Below, piece by piece: positions 39,191 through 52,879 of a stretch of 64,000 bases of DNA. The position numbers and the translations under genes were made by a program. Origin of the DNA: Glaucostegus cemiculus. Lineage: Eukaryota. How positions within the stretch are numbered: position 1 is the stretch's first letter; each line of letters begins with the position of its first letter. Under the pieces are notes generated by a model. That model was not told the DNA's origin. It worked only from the letters and a program-made list of their open reading frames with translations, and did no database searches. The stretch is taken from NCBI GenBank assembly GCA_976551045.1, contig CDPCPM010000087.1:186001-250000 (forward strand). Reading direction: 5' to 3'.

Positions 39191-39999
39191 AATCAGTAAA
39201 AGAAGGTCAAATCAGTCCAGACAGCATGAACCACCAGAACAGAAAAGTCAGAGGACAAATGGGCATGCGATATCTCAAAACCCTTCTCAATGGTTTGAGC
39301 ATTTAAAAATCAGCTCTGCCTCCATTTTGGACCTCCCTAAGGAGTTAGTGACATCCACTCTTCCAAAACCAAAGGAAGACCTTGAAGTAATGTTTCAGGT
39401 CCCTTACCTCATCCCATTCATACCTCAATAAAACAATTTCTACTTTTTTTCTCCCCCCTTTTCCATTCCAACGCCAACTTTTGTTTTTGAGGTACTCCAT
39501 ATCATACCAGCTTGAACACAGACATAAAACTATTTCCACCCCATCACTTGAAATTTGTTAAACTTCCTGTTTACATGCTTGAGTTTTGTTAACATAACCT
39601 AACAAGCATACTATTTTATTTGCACAGTTTTGAGCCTACGCTTCTAGGGGTCTAGTTCTTAAACCCTTCCCATTTTCTGCAGTGAGCCTTGATTCAATTT
39701 TGGCTTCCTTACAGGAAGCTCAAGATAGCTGGTTCACCATGCCTTAAATTTCTAGAACGCTGAGCAAATCTAGTTTTGACTCAAAGGCAAGGGGACCAAC
39801 CCTGAGCCAAAACCAAGGAACAGATCTCTTCCCCCCCCCCCCTTCATCCATGTACAAATCCCTTTATTTCCACAATTATTCTGGATCCATAATACCCAAG
39901 AATGGGTGGTCAATCTGCAGCTGGGAAAATCAAAGTACATGACATGGCCCTGGATTCTCAGGTCTAATGATTAGCCTTTCCTAGTTTTTTTTTAAATTC

Positions 40000-40560
40000 A
40001 TTCAAGGGACGTGGGCTTTGCAGGCTTGCCAGCATTTAATTGCCCATCGTTAATTGCTCTCAAGATGGTGGTGAGCTGTAGGTGGCAGATGGTACAAACT
40101 GTTGCTACTGTCTGTCACTGGTGCTGTGATAGTTGTGGATGGGGTGTCAATCAAGTGGGCTGTTACGTCCTGTATGGTGTTAAGCTTCTTGAGTGTTGTT
40201 GAAACAGCACTTATCCAAGCAAGTGGAGAGTATTCCATCACACTCCTGACTTGAGACTTGTAGATGGTGGACAGGCTTTGGTAGTTAGAGGCGAGTTACT
40301 CGCTGCTGGACTCCTAGCCTCTGACCTGCATGCTGTATATGGCTACTCCAGTTCAGTTTGTGTCAATGATAACCCACAAGAAATTGATAGTAGGGGACTC
40401 AGTGATGGTAATGCCATTGAATGTCAGGGGATGATAGCTGGACTTTCTCTAGTTGGATAGTCATTGCTTGGAACTTGTGTGACACGAATGTTATTTGCTA
40501 CCTATTAATCCGGACCTGGATAGTGCCCAGGCCTTGCTGCATTCGGATAGGGACTGTGTT
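40000..40560 (-). mobile_element. Non-LTR element (CR1/L2 group, distinct family), 3' region
   Basis: MEYSPLAWISAVSTTLKKLNTIQD RT C-terminal motif. Related pieces at 9.1, 26.1 and 52.9-54.1 kb. Confidence 0.7.
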
Positions 40561-40818
40561 ATCCTGAATCCCATCAACTCCATTTTAGCCTGGCTTCCTT
40601 GATAGAAGGCCTTCTGGATACATTGTACATAAGTGAAGGTTCTGGCCACTCATTTTTGCTGGCTCACTAAGCAATACAAGTTCAAATTCAAACACAGGAG
40701 AGACTGCGCACTATTACAAAATGACACTGAACTACTCAACCAGGATAGTAAGTGGACTGAGGCCAACAGCACATGGGCCAACAGTCATACAACACTTTGG
40801 AACTGCAGTCGTACTTAC

Positions 40819-40906
40819 TTCTCTCCTGCAGCCGCCTATGTACAATGAGAATGGTGGTGGCAATCAGCACCACTGCCACACCAGCCCCCAAAATTACTCC
40901 CATCAT
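40819..40906 (-). CDS. PNPLA6: PNPLA6 exon 3, transmembrane helix (MMGVILGAGVAVVLIATTILIVHRRLQER)
   Basis: tgtttttcag acceptor, gtaagt donor, 88 nt, phase 0-1. Matches human NTE [27 protein letters not shown]. Confidence 0.93.
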
Positions 40907-41039
40907 CTGAAAAACAGAAGAATTTACTTTTAATAAGGATAAAATTATAAAGTGATCTTCTCTTTTACAAGCTTCGATCTAAAGCAGTATTATGAAATGA
41001 TACAAAGTATCTCAAAGATTTATACTTTGCTCAGCATGG

Positions 41040-42075
41040 ACGTGAAATTATCCTGAACCATGGCTTCCGTCCTGCGGAAGGGGTCAGCTTCCTTGACCAC
41101 ATCACATCTATTTCCAATACCTCTGCTCTCAATCCCTTCCCTCCTGGATACAGCAAGGAGAGAGATCCCTGGTCCTCAACATCCACCTCAGCAGTCTCCA
41201 CATCCAAGCAATCATCATTCACAATTTCTGCTGGCGACAATATTCCACCATTAGACACATCTTCCTCTCCCCACATTTTGAAAAGCCTGCCCACTCCCAT
41301 CTCCCTCATCCACTCTTCCGTCACTCTGTGCCATTCCCCATCCTACAATACTTTCCCATACAACTGCAGGGGTTGCAATACTATGTTTTCACCTCTTCCA
41401 TTCCCACCATCCAGGAATGGGAGCTGTCTTTCTAAGTGAAGCAGTGATTCACTTGCACTTCTTCCAATCATTTGGTGTTCACAACAACTGCATTACGTTG
41501 GAGAAACCAAGCACAGATTGGGTGAACACCATGTCCAGTCCACAGGAGTAACCCTGAGCTTCTGGTTGCCTGCCACTTTAATTCTCCATCCCATTCCAAC
41601 CTCTGTGGCCTCTTGCACTCCTACAACAGACTTGAAGAACAACACACTTTCTGTCTGGCCATGTTGCACATTTCTGGAAGCGATATCAAATTCTCCACTT
41701 TCTGATAATTCATTATCCGTCTATATCAGCACTGGCTATCTTTGCTTTAGGTCAATTGTGTGAGATATTAGCTCTGTTTTCTTTCCCCCCTCCATTAGCA
41801 CATTGTAACCAGCTACTTGCAATAAGTCAGGATCTCTCTCTGACTGCTCCACCAATAACTCACCCCCGTAAAACTGGCTTCACACTATTAGAGATATCTC
41901 CTCCATCCTATTCATCCCTCCTGCCAGCAATTTAAAACTAAGGTTTGCTTTTTTTTCCCCTTTCCCAGTATGACAAAGGGTTTTCAACCTGAAATGTCAA
42001 CTCAGGTTCACTTTCTATAGAAGCTCTCTAACCTGCTGAGTATTTCCTGCAGTTTGTTTCAGAATTCCACCATCT
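41040..42075 (+). mobile_element. Decayed Penelope-like element (GIY-YIG region plus terminal region)
   Basis: YVGETKHRLGEH remnant near 41495; collinear with the 59.1-60.0 kb copy. Confidence 0.75.
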
Positions 42076-42589
42076 CCATTAAATTTAATTTTCATGAATT
42101 TTTTCTACTGTAATGTTTCTTGAGCAAATTGCAGTATCGATTCCCATGCGAGTATGCTTTGAAGCAGGCCAAGAATTTCCACTACAGACAGATCTTCATG
42201 CTGATAATGGCTACTGCATTTCCAGTCTCAGACTTTAAACCATTCCCTGCATGCCAACTGTTTCTCTCATACAATAGCACTAAAATGTTTAACATCATTG
42301 CCATTTCCTTATTCAGCACTTTCATATCCAATGTCCTAGCTTCTTACACCCTCAAAGGGTTTGTCACTCTTTTTATATGCAGAATGTCCTCTTTTCCAGG
42401 TAGCAAGGGCCATGACTTGGACCAAGACGCAGGACTCTCGGTGCAAGAAGTGGGAGCCATATAAAGAGGCAAGTGTCAGGAGCCAGTTCTTTTCCAGGTA
42501 TTACCAGATAATAGAGGCACAGCTGTGAATTGTTAGGTGATAATTCAATGGGAAATTAGCCAATTGGCAACAATCAATAAAAAGAAGGT

Positions 42590-45500
42590 AGGGGGCAAGC
42601 AGAGAGGCCATTTTGGAGTGGACCAGTGCTAGAGTGGGGGGAGGTGAGGCTTTGGCAAGAAGTGGCTAAGTTTCTTTGTCTATTAGTGCCTAGCTAAAGT
42701 AGTGATAGTGGATTCAGGATCAGTGATGTGTTCTTCCTGCTGGATGTGGGAGATTTCAAGTCTCCCTGACAGCTACATCAGCAGAAGGTGCATCCAGATC
42801 CTTACAGATAGTGTTAGGGAACTAGAGCTGCAGCAGGATGACTTTCGGCTCATATGGGAGAATGAGGAAGTGAAAGATAAAAGCTACAGGGCGGTAGCCA
42901 CACCCAGGTTGCAGGAGGCAGGTAGCTGGGTGACTATCAGGAGAAAGGAAGGGAATAGGCAGGTGGTGCAGAGTACACCTATGGCTGTTCCCCTCAGTAA
43001 CTGCTATACTGTTTTGGACTCTGTTTTGGTGGTGGTGGTGGTGGTGGGGGGGGAACACCCTACCAGGGGAAAGTTGCAGTGGTCAGGTCGCTAGCACTGA
43101 GTCTAGCTCTGTGGCTCAGAAGGGAAGGGGGTAGAAGAGAAGAGCAATAGTGATAGGGGACCCTATAGTTAGGGGAGCAGACGGGAGATTCTGTGGACGT
43201 GGAAGGGACTCCTGGATGGTATGTTGCCTCCCAGGTGCCAGAGTCAGGGACATCTCAGATCAGGTGCACAGCATTCTAAAGGGGAAGGGTAGGAGGCCAG
43301 AAGTTGTGGTACATTTTGGTACCAACAATGTAGGTAGGGAAAAGGATGAGGTCCTGAAAAGTGAATGTGGGGAACTAGGTAGAAGCTGAAAAGCAGGACC
43401 TCAAGGGTAGTAATCCCTGGATTACTGCCTGTGCTGTGGGCCAGTGAGGGTAAGAATAGGTTGATCTGGCAGATGCCTGTGTGGCTGAGAAATTGGTGTA
43501 GGGGGCAGGGTTTTAGACTTGTGGATCATTTGTATTTCTTCTGGGGAAGGTATAACCTGTACAAAAGGGACAGGTTACACCTGAACTGCAGGGGGACCAA
43601 TATACTAGTTTGGCAGGGTGATGGGAACCCGAGTGATAGGTCAGAGGATAGGACATTTGGTGTACAGGTTAGAGAGACTAAAGATAGGCAGTTGATAAGA
43701 CAATTACAGTCAGTTGGATGTGTTGAAGTCTGCTTATTTTAATGCAAGTAGTATCAGGAACAAGGGTGATGAACTTGGAGTATGGCTCAGTACATGGAAC
43801 CATGATGTTGTGGCCATTACAGAAACTTGGCTGTCACAAGGGTAGGAATGGCTGCTAGATGTTCCAGGGTTTAAGATGTTTCAAAAGAGACGGAGGGAGG
43901 TAAGAGGTGGGGGAGTGGCATTGATAATCAGGGATAGTTTCACAGCTGTAGAAAGGGAAGATGCCCTGAAGGGATTGTCTACTGTGTCAGTGTGGATGGC
44001 AGTCAGAAACAGGAAGGGAGGAATCACACTATTGAGAGCAGTCTATAGACCCCCACCCAAATAGCAACAAAGACACTGAGGAACAGATTGGGAGGCAGAT
44101 TTGAGAGGTGCAAAAATAACAGGGTTGTTGCCATGGGTGATTTCAACTTCCCTAATATTGATTAGAACCTCCTTAGTGCAAAAGGTTTGGACAGTGCAGA
44201 ATTTGTTAGGTGCCCGGGAAGATATTCCTGACACAGTTGGTAGACAGGCTGACTAGAAGAGAAGCCATTCTGGATCTGGTACTAGGCAACAAACCTGGTC
44301 AGGTGTCAAATCTCACAGTTGGTGAGCATTTCAGAGATGATGACCACAACTCCCTGACCTTCCCTCCTCCCTTGGAGAGGGATAGGTGCAGACCATATGG
44401 GAGAGTATTTAATTGGGGGATAGGGAATTATGATGCTATTAGGCAGGAACTTGGGAGTGTAAATTGGGAGAAGATGGTCTCTGGGAAATGCACAAATGGA
44501 AATGTGAAAGTTGTTTAGAAATCACTTGCTTGGGGTTCTGCATAGGTTTGTCCCAATGAGGCAGGGGAAGGATGGTAGTGTGAAGGAACCATGGTTGACA
44601 AGAGATGTGAAATATCTAATGAAGAGGAAGCAGCAAGCTTACTTAAGGCTTAGGAAGCAAAGATCAGGCAGGGCTCTAAGAAGTTACGAGGTAGCCAGGA
44701 AGGAGCTTAAGAATGGACTTGGGAGAGCCAGAAGGGGGCATGAGAAGGCCTTGGCAGGTAGGATCAAGGAAAACCACTGCATTCTACTTTTTTTTGTAGA
44801 ACAAAAGGATGACTAGAGTGAAGGCATGACTAATTAGGGATAGAGAAGGAAATGTGCCTGGAGTTGGAGGAGGTCCTTAATGAATACTTCAATATTTGCC
44901 TGAGAGAGAGACCTTGATGTTTGTGAGGACAGTGTAAAACAGGCTGATAAGCTAGAACATGTTGATGTTAAGGAGGATGTGCTGGAACTTCTGGAAAACA
45001 TTAGGACAAGTCCCTGGGGTCAGATGGGATATATCCTTGGATACTACGGGAAGTAAGGGAAGAGACTTCTGAGCCCTTGGTGATGATCTTTCTGCCTGGA
45101 GGTCAGTGACCAGTGGTGTTCTGCAGGGATGTGTTCTGGGACCCTTGTTCTTTGTGACTTGGATGAGGATGTGGAGGGGTGGGTTAGTAAGTTTGCAGAT
45201 GACATTAAGGTTGGTGTTGTGGCTAGAACGACATGTGGACAATATGAAGGTTGGTGTTGTGTAGAAGGCTGTGGCGGGTTACAATGGGACATTGACAGGA
45301 TGCAGAGCAGGGTTGAGAAGTAGCAGTTGGGAGTTCAACCTGGAAAAAGTGTGAAGCGATTCACTTTGGAAGGTTGAATTTGAAGGTAGAACATAGGGTT
45401 AATGGCAGGATTCTTAACAGTGTGGAGGAACAGGGATTTTGGTGTCCAAGTCCATAGATGCCTCAAAGTTGCTGCACAAGTTGATAGGGTTGTTAAGAGG

Positions 45501-46035
45501 GTGTATGGTGTGTTGGCCTTCATTAGTCAGGGAATTGAGTTCAAGAGCCATGAGGTAATGTTGCAACTCTAGAAAACCTGATTAGGCCACAGTTCTGGTT
45601 GCCTTACTATAGGAAGGATATGGAAGCTTTAGAAAGTGTGCAGGAGATTTACTAGGATGCCACCTAGATTGGAGAGCATGTCTTAGAGGACACCTAACAG
45701 AGGTGTACAAGATGATAAGAGGCATTGATTGAGGGATAGCCAGAGAAGTTTTCTCAGGGCAGAAATGGCTAACACGAGGGGGCATAATTTTAAGGTGATT
45801 GGACAGGGTACAGGGGGATATTCGAAGTGTTTTTTTTTAACAAAGTGGTTGGCGTGTGGAACATGCTGCCAGGGCTGCTGGGAGAGGCAGATACACTAGG
45901 GACATTTGAGACTGAGATAGACATACGGATGATAGGAAAACAGAGGGGTATGTGGGAGGGTTAAAATGTAGGTTAAAAAATCAGTACAACATTGTGGGCC
46001 AAAGGGCCTGTACTGTGCTGTAATGTTTTATGTTT
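42590..46035 (+). mobile_element. Near full-length, internally deleted CR1 LINE (ORF1 zinc finger and SGNH esterase; ORF2 APE and partial RT)
   Basis: CSSCWMWE; IGDPIVRG...CLPGARVRD...VVHFGTNN; DVVAITETWL; MGDFNFP; VSKFADDIK; CR1 tail. Many stops and frameshifts. Confidence 0.92.
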
Positions 46036-46540
46036 TCTTTTATTTCTTGCTCATTTTACATTTTTCTGGGATTTTTTTAAAATAGTGTCCTTTGCTGGCT
46101 AAAATGTCCTTTTAAAATTCTCCAAATCCTCAGGCCTACAATGAATCTTTATAACTTAATCTTTTAATTTAATTTAATACCATCCTCAACTTTAGTGAGC
46201 CATACAGAAGATACTTTTCCCCATATCAACAATGTGAGAACTAGGAATCATTTCACTATGTCTCTCAAGTTTACATTTTTACCATGGTTTTAATTTAATT
46301 TCACAGATTTATCCAACTAAATCTTCATACCCAGCTTTAATTTAACCTTAAATTTGTCAATGTGGATGCAGTTTCTTTATAACTATCACTCTTCCCCAGA
46401 AGATGCTTTACCACTAAATTCAAGTCCATGAAGTTCAAAGAGCCATCACTGTAGACACAATCCATAGTAGCCCACACAGAGGTTCCCTAGTCATTTAACT
46501 TTAAGGTATAAAACTCATCTAAAAGAAAGTGTTTACTCAC

Positions 46541-46570
46541 CGGTGATCTGGTTGGTGAATGTTGAAACAT
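46541..46570 (-). CDS. Candidate alternative first coding exon (MFQHSPTRSP), in frame with the TM exon
   Basis: Consensus donor CCG|gtgagt, in-frame ATG with an upstream in-frame stop, phase 0. Confidence 0.25.
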
Positions 46571-47179
46571 CCCAAACTCTGGTTGGGTAAACCAACAGAT
46601 GATCTTTCACTTCTCCAATCTAGTCAGGACCCTCTCTGCTAAGGTGTCCACATTGTCTGACTGCCTCGATAATGTTCTGTGTAATAGCTAAGGTGGTAAA
46701 TATCAACTCACTTCTTGTCCAAGCTATTTCTAACCCAGCCTTCCTGGCAGTAGCCCGAAATCTGGAGGGAATTGGCATTCTATTTAGTCCAAAGTTACCA
46801 TGGTTACTGTTGCAGGAAACCACTTAACTTTATATTAAATAATTCATTTTATGGTTGTCCTCTATTTCTAACTAGCATTTTGTTAGTTTTGACTAAACTA
46901 TGTAGATACAGAAGTATAAATTTTAAACCAGGCAAAGTGCATTTAGAATCTACAATAACCTCCCATGAAAATCAAACCTGAGTCCACAGACAGTTAAGGA
47001 CAAGAAGATTCAGAAAATAGAACAAGTAAAAACAAATGTTTCTGTTCCTAAATCTGTATCAATCGCAAAAAATCAATATTAAACTAATCTGGGAAAGTCT
47101 CCTAACCTGGCTGCTAGACAAAGACAAGGATGGGTCAGCCAAATGGCCGGTTCAGAAAAAGGAATAGTTCATCTTGGAT

Positions 47180-48190
47180 TCAGAATCATCACATGGTATC
47201 AGGCGAGTATGCAACATGTAGAATCAGTGCCCGCTCTCTGCATAAGCAATCTACTCACCCTGACTCTTTGCCCTATCCTCGCAGCCCTGCAATTTCTCTT
47301 GTCCCTCACTTATCCATCTACTTCCCTTTCAAAGGGCCGGATCATATCTACTTCCACTGTTTCACAACGTCACTGCCTTGAATTTGTGGCCTTGGTTCTC
47401 AACTCTTATGACGATTTGTTTTATTCTGTCTTGACTCATCCTGATTTTGAATAAGTCAACAAAATTACACCTCTACCTCTCTGTTCTGTAGAGAACAATC
47501 TAAGAGTCATGATCTGCCCATGCAATTAAAGTTACTTACCTTTGGGATCATTTCTTTCCCCTGTACTCTTCCCCTAAGGCCATCAACAATCTTTCACACA
47601 GATGATCAGAACTGGACACTATATTTTTACTTTAGCTGCAAATGAACTTTTTTGTAGAGATTTAACATAATTTCCTTGCTTTTATCCACTTGTAAAGGCC
47701 AGGTTCCATAGTTTTTAAAAAAATTGTTTTCTCAACCTGTCCTGTTATCTTTAAATAATACCTGCACCTCTCAGTTCCTGCATCCTCTTTAGAACTGTAT
47801 ACTTTATTCTATTGCCTTCCTAGTTTTCTGCAAAAAAATGGGCCAGTTTGAAGCTGAGCTCATCTGTCACACATTCACCTATTTCACCAGCCTGTCTATA
47901 TTCTTAGTCCATTTGCATCCTTTCTACTGTTTATCACCCTCCTGGGTGAGTGTAAATTCCCAAGTTCTGCACATTCTGAAATGGCTCCCTGTACACCCTA
48001 TCAGGAATGGGTGTTTAGTAAGCTGTGGTCCTAGTACCTGCACCACTGCTCATCATTCCTGCTCAAGAATCAACTATTCATCACACTGTTTAATGTCCAT
48101 AAGCCATTTCTGTATCAAGTTACTATTATCTTTTTAGTGCAAGGGTTTCAATTTTATTGAATCTATTAGGCCATATTTTATTAAATTACT
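47180..48190 (-). mobile_element. Very old CR1 fragment
   Basis: Degenerate cagaactggacac and agctgtggtcctagtac motifs. Confidence 0.5.
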
Positions 48191-49029
48191 AATTTAAGTC
48201 ATGACATATAGTAGGTAACATGAGAACAAACTCCAAATTACTTTGGACATGGAGCTAGAAATTTGCCTTCAATGTTTTGCTGGTTTTAAGTAGTGTTAAC
48301 AATTTCCCTAATGCTGCTTGAAAAATCTCAAAAACATTGCAAAAGTTATTAGTTCTGGGTTCAAAATACTTCCATTAGTGCAGCCCTATTCTGTTTTAGG
48401 AGCAGTAGACGTTAAGGGTCAAGCTTCCTGTGTTAGTAGCACCTTTGTTCACAGCTCTGACGTCACCAAAAGGATCACAACACAATTCAGCACGCACACA
48501 GTCAGTACTGGGGAGTGTTGGCAAGGCATGAGTGCAGTAATAGGAAGAGGCTGGCAGAGTCCTCAAGGAGGCAGAGGAACATACACACACACACGAGCTT
48601 TGGAACAACAATGCATGCAAGAGGCATTGAAAATAGGGTTCAATGGATTTAAAGGAATCAAGGAATATGGGGATGGTGCAGGAAAGCGGTGCCGATGTAG
48701 TAATCAGTCTGATGCAGGCTCAGCGAACAGATTTGTGTCGGAGAACAATGGATGACTTCCTAGGAAAGTTTCAGCTCAACTGAGTTTGTCTCTCTTGGTG
48801 TTTCAGATCGTCAATCTAGCCCAAATGGGGGGAAAAAAACAGTGCATCTTTATTTCATCTCCACTTCAATGTCATTACCATTCGTGAGGAATGGTAGAGA
48901 AGGCTTGAAGGGCCACGTGACTTTTCACCCCTTTACAATATTGAATAAGGCCATTTCAGTGCATCAAATCTGCGTCACTCATGGAGCAATCTATTCCATT
49001 AATTTTTCTTGTAATCTTGTCCCCACATT

Positions 49030-49255
49030 TCCTTCAATTGCCCCCAGTTTCTACCACTCACCTACACACAAGGGGCAAATTATAGTGGCTGGCTATCTTA
49101 ACAACCCTCAACTCTGGGATGTGGGAGGAAACAGAACTGCCCATGTTGCACGGACTGCCTGTGATAAACTCCACACAGACAGCAGCAGGATTCAAAACTG
49201 AACCAGGGTTGTTGGAGCTGAGAGGCAGGCAGCTACTATATGTGCTACAACTGCT
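49030..49255 (-). mobile_element. V-SINE, diverged
   Basis: gggatgtgggaggaaac...aaactccacacagacagc. Confidence 0.7.
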
Positions 49256-50289
49256 GCTCTTAGTTCTTTTCAGTGTCGAGAATATATTGACAGACCAGCC
49301 TACACGCACATGACTTCATGTATACTTCAATGTGCTGCTGGTCAAGTTAATGCTTTGCAAAAAGTCTCCCTACCTCACACACATCTACCACCTTTAAGAT
49401 GTGTTTTTTTTAAATGTACCTCTTTGACCAAACTTTAGATTATTATCCCAGTACCATTTTTATGTGGCTCAATATCAATGTTTCTGCACGGTAATACTCC
49501 AGTTAAATAACCACTGGATGTTTTTAACCACATTAAAAGACATCACATAAATGGTAGTGATTAGGAAAGGAGATATAATCAAAGCATACAAAATTCTGAG
49601 AGAAGATGATGAGAAGTGGCTAGTGAAACCGCAACTTTGCACCCCATCTCAAACTAGAAGGGTACACACAATTAGGACCGAGATAATGAGAAATTGCTTC
49701 ATATGGAATTTTCCATTCTAAAGAGCTCTGGATGGCAAATCTAATCAAGAAATTTCCAAATATCCACTGATCTAAGAAATTTTAAGAGAATAGTACAGGA
49801 CATTGGAGTGGAGATGAAATAAAGGTGCAAAAAATTTTTTCCCTAGAAGGGCCAGAATGACAATCTGAAACACCAGGAGATACAAACTCAGTCAAGCTGA
49901 AACTTTCCTAGAAGGTCTTCATCATTATTCTCTGACACAAATCTGCTCGCTGGACCTGCACCAGGTAAGATCTAGTGCAAGCTCAGCAACCCCATTCCTT
50001 TTAAAGGACAGTATTTGTTTACAAGAGCACTGGCAGGTATTAAATAGTTTCAACATTTGACTGTATTGAATAGTGTTTTTGGTGTTTTGAGCATCTTAAT
50101 TTATGTTGAAATTATTTAAAACAATCATTTTTGGTTTTAAAAGCACTAATTTTTTGATAGTTTGCAAAACTCCAACAGTCAAAAACCTTTGTCAGTTTTG
50201 ATAGCTGGTAAATTGGTATTGCAGCCTATCTGGCTGTCTAGGATGCAAGAGATCCACACGTCAGGAGCTGGGCACTGAGTTGCTGCCAC

Positions 50290-50860
50290 AGATTGGTAAT
50301 TGGTTTATTATTGTCACATACATAGCAAAAAAAACTGTTTTGCATGCCATCCATTTCGCATCTCAGTACATCAAGGTAATTGCAATAACAGTATGTAGAA
50401 TATAGTATTAGAGTTACAGAAAGTGTGGTGCAGGCAGACAACAAGGTGCAAGGTCACTATGAGGTAGATTGTGAGGTGAAGAGTTCATCCTATCATACTC
50501 GAGGTCCATTCAATAGCCTTATACCTGTGGCAGAGAAGCTGTCCTTGAGCCTGGTGGTACGTGTTTGACATGTTTTCAGACTTTTGCATCTTCTACCCAA
50601 TGGAAAGGGGGATGGGAGGAAAGAGAGGAGTGGGGGAAGAAGACAGAATGTCTGGGGTGGGATGGGTCTTTGATTATGTTGGCTGCTTTTCTGAGGCAGC
50701 AAAATGTAGAGAGAAGAGAAGCTGGTTTTCGTGATGTGCTGGGCTGTGTTCACAACTCTCTGCAGTCTCTTACAGTCTTGGGTAGAGCAGTTGCCACACC
50801 AAGCTGTGAGACATCTGGATAGGATGCTTTCTAGGGTGCATCGATAAAAATTGCAAAGTG
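50290..50860 (-). mobile_element. Rex1/Babar 3' end
   Basis: FYRCTLESILSRCLTAWCGNC...TTRLKDSF. Confidence 0.88.
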
Positions 50861-50959
50861 GCAACAGGGACAATCGGTTAGAGAAATGAGGAACATTTAC
50901 CTTTAATGGATCTTTGAATTGTGAAGTTGCAACAGAATGCAACTTTTGATCTACATTCC

Positions 50960-51860
50960 TGTGTAGGGAGCAGGAGCAGTGAGCATGGGGTAGACTGTTG
51001 CTCACCCAAGTCAGTCAGATGGAACTGGGCCTTGGGGTTTCATAGGGCTCAGTACTCAGTCCCTTGATATTTGTAATACTTATTAATGATTCAGACTTAA
51101 ATATAGGCAAAATTTTAAAGAAATATCCAAATGATACAACAAATTGCTCACGTGTCTGACAACAAGGATGAATGCTCTAGGGTGCAGTAAGACAAAGACA
51201 ATCTAGTCAGTTAGGTGGAACACTAGCAGATACAATTTAATCTGCAGCAGAGAGGGGTAATACATTTCTTGAGGTACAAGACAACAAATGAGACATTTAT
51301 TAACATGAAGGTACAGAGGGACATTGGAATGTACATCAGATTCTTTTAAGTAGTAGCTACTCTTTCAAGTAGCTCCTTAATCAGCTACAGTTTAGAAGAG
51401 TAGGGAAGTTGTGCTAGAGCTGTGTAGAGCACTGGTTTGACCACAGTTTGATTACTGTGCATAGTTCTGGGCATGAGAAGAAAGATGGGATGGTACTGGA
51501 GAGGGTATAGAGAAGTATACAATGATAATGGCCGGATTAGAAAATGTTAATTCCTTGAAAAATTAAATAAACTGGATTGTTTCCTTTGGAACCGAGGAGA
51601 TGAAGCAAAACTGAGAGGGGTCTAGATATAGGAAGAACCATTTCCTTTTGCAGAGGGGCCAAAGATTTAAAGTAATTAGATTAGAGGAGAGGTCAGGAAA
51701 AATGTTTCCACTCATATTCTGGTGGGGTGTGGAATTCACTAACTGAAATGGCAGTAGAGGTGGAAATTTGTCATACTTAGAAAGTACTTAGCTATGTATA
51801 TGAAGAGTCAAGGCCTACAAAGGTACAGTCCTAATGCAGGGAAGTGGGATTAGGGTGGCT
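50960..51860 (+). mobile_element. Old CR1 RT and 3' fragment
   Basis: cagggctcagtact-like motif, tactgtgcatagttctgg, ctggagagggtatagagaag. Confidence 0.7.
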
Positions 51861-52242
51861 ATCTTTCTTTGTGGTGAGATGCTTCCATCTCATGATTTTC
51901 CACAATCAGTTGAGTGGAGCAGATCCACATGGGGTCCTTTTTAATTATCCACAAGGAGGGAACAACTTGTTAATAGACCCTTCAGTCTTGCTCAGAATAC
52001 TGTTTTAAGCCAGATACGTTCTGTCAGTGACTCACAATACACACTCTGAAACCTGTAAACTTGAGCTCTTGTTAACATGCACCCAGGACTTGCTCATCCT
52101 GAACCCAAGGTGTCACCGTGGAACACAAAAGCTTTACAAGGTGTTTTATTTTCTGCAGTTTAGCTTGAAGAACTTTAAGCATGATGTCATGCGTCCAATT
52201 ATCAGATGTCAAGCCACCCAAAGGGAAATAAATACCACTTAC

Positions 52243-52308
52243 CATGGTTGTTTGTAACTGGTTTTCAACCAGAGTCTTCAGATCTAATAAACTGCCATCA
52301 GATTCATT
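52243..52308 (-). CDS. PNPLA6: PNPLA6 exon 2 (NESDGSLLDLKTLVENQLQTTM)
   Basis: tttttcatag acceptor, ATG|gtaagt donor, 66 nt, phase 0-0. LQTTM matches human NTE LQTGM just before the TM helix. Confidence 0.82.
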
Positions 52309-52879
52309 CTATGAAAAATTGCAAAGAAATATTACTCACTCACTTTGCAGTTAAGATACAGCTTAACTGTTTCATTGATAGCATCATCTTATCGCAGCAA
52401 CTTAATGTGGTCACCATTAGTGTTTTGCAGAGAAAACAACCTTATCTCATATTAAAGTGCTGAGCTATTCATTTCTATCACGCTCCCCAAAAAGCTCTCC
52501 CCACTGAAGAACAAAGATGCCAAGGGTGAGCACATGCTGGCTGGTGAAAGAACCAGTGGGTGGGAAATATGAGAAGCATATCAAATTCTTGAAGGTCCTG
52601 GCAAGGTAGGTGAGAGCAAACATTTCTCTGGTTGGAGTAATTAGAAATTTGTCAACATCATAGAATAAAGGTATGGTCATTTTGGATGCAGCAGAGATTA
52701 TAAGTAAAGGGATTGTGTAGTGGAAAATGCTAAAGGTTCAGAGAGCTTTGGATGCTTTGTTGTTAAACATATTCAAAGCAAAGATCAATGGAGATAGTAT
52801 GTTGAAATTGAGGAAGGTCATCCAGAATTTTATTGCATGACAGCAGGCTTGAAGGACCAAAAAATCTATCCCTGATCCT

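Noticed and set aside
48318-48755. 145-aa plus-strand ORF
   Set aside because: TTG start, no recognisable domain, and it runs through a CA repeat and a CR1-tail remnant.
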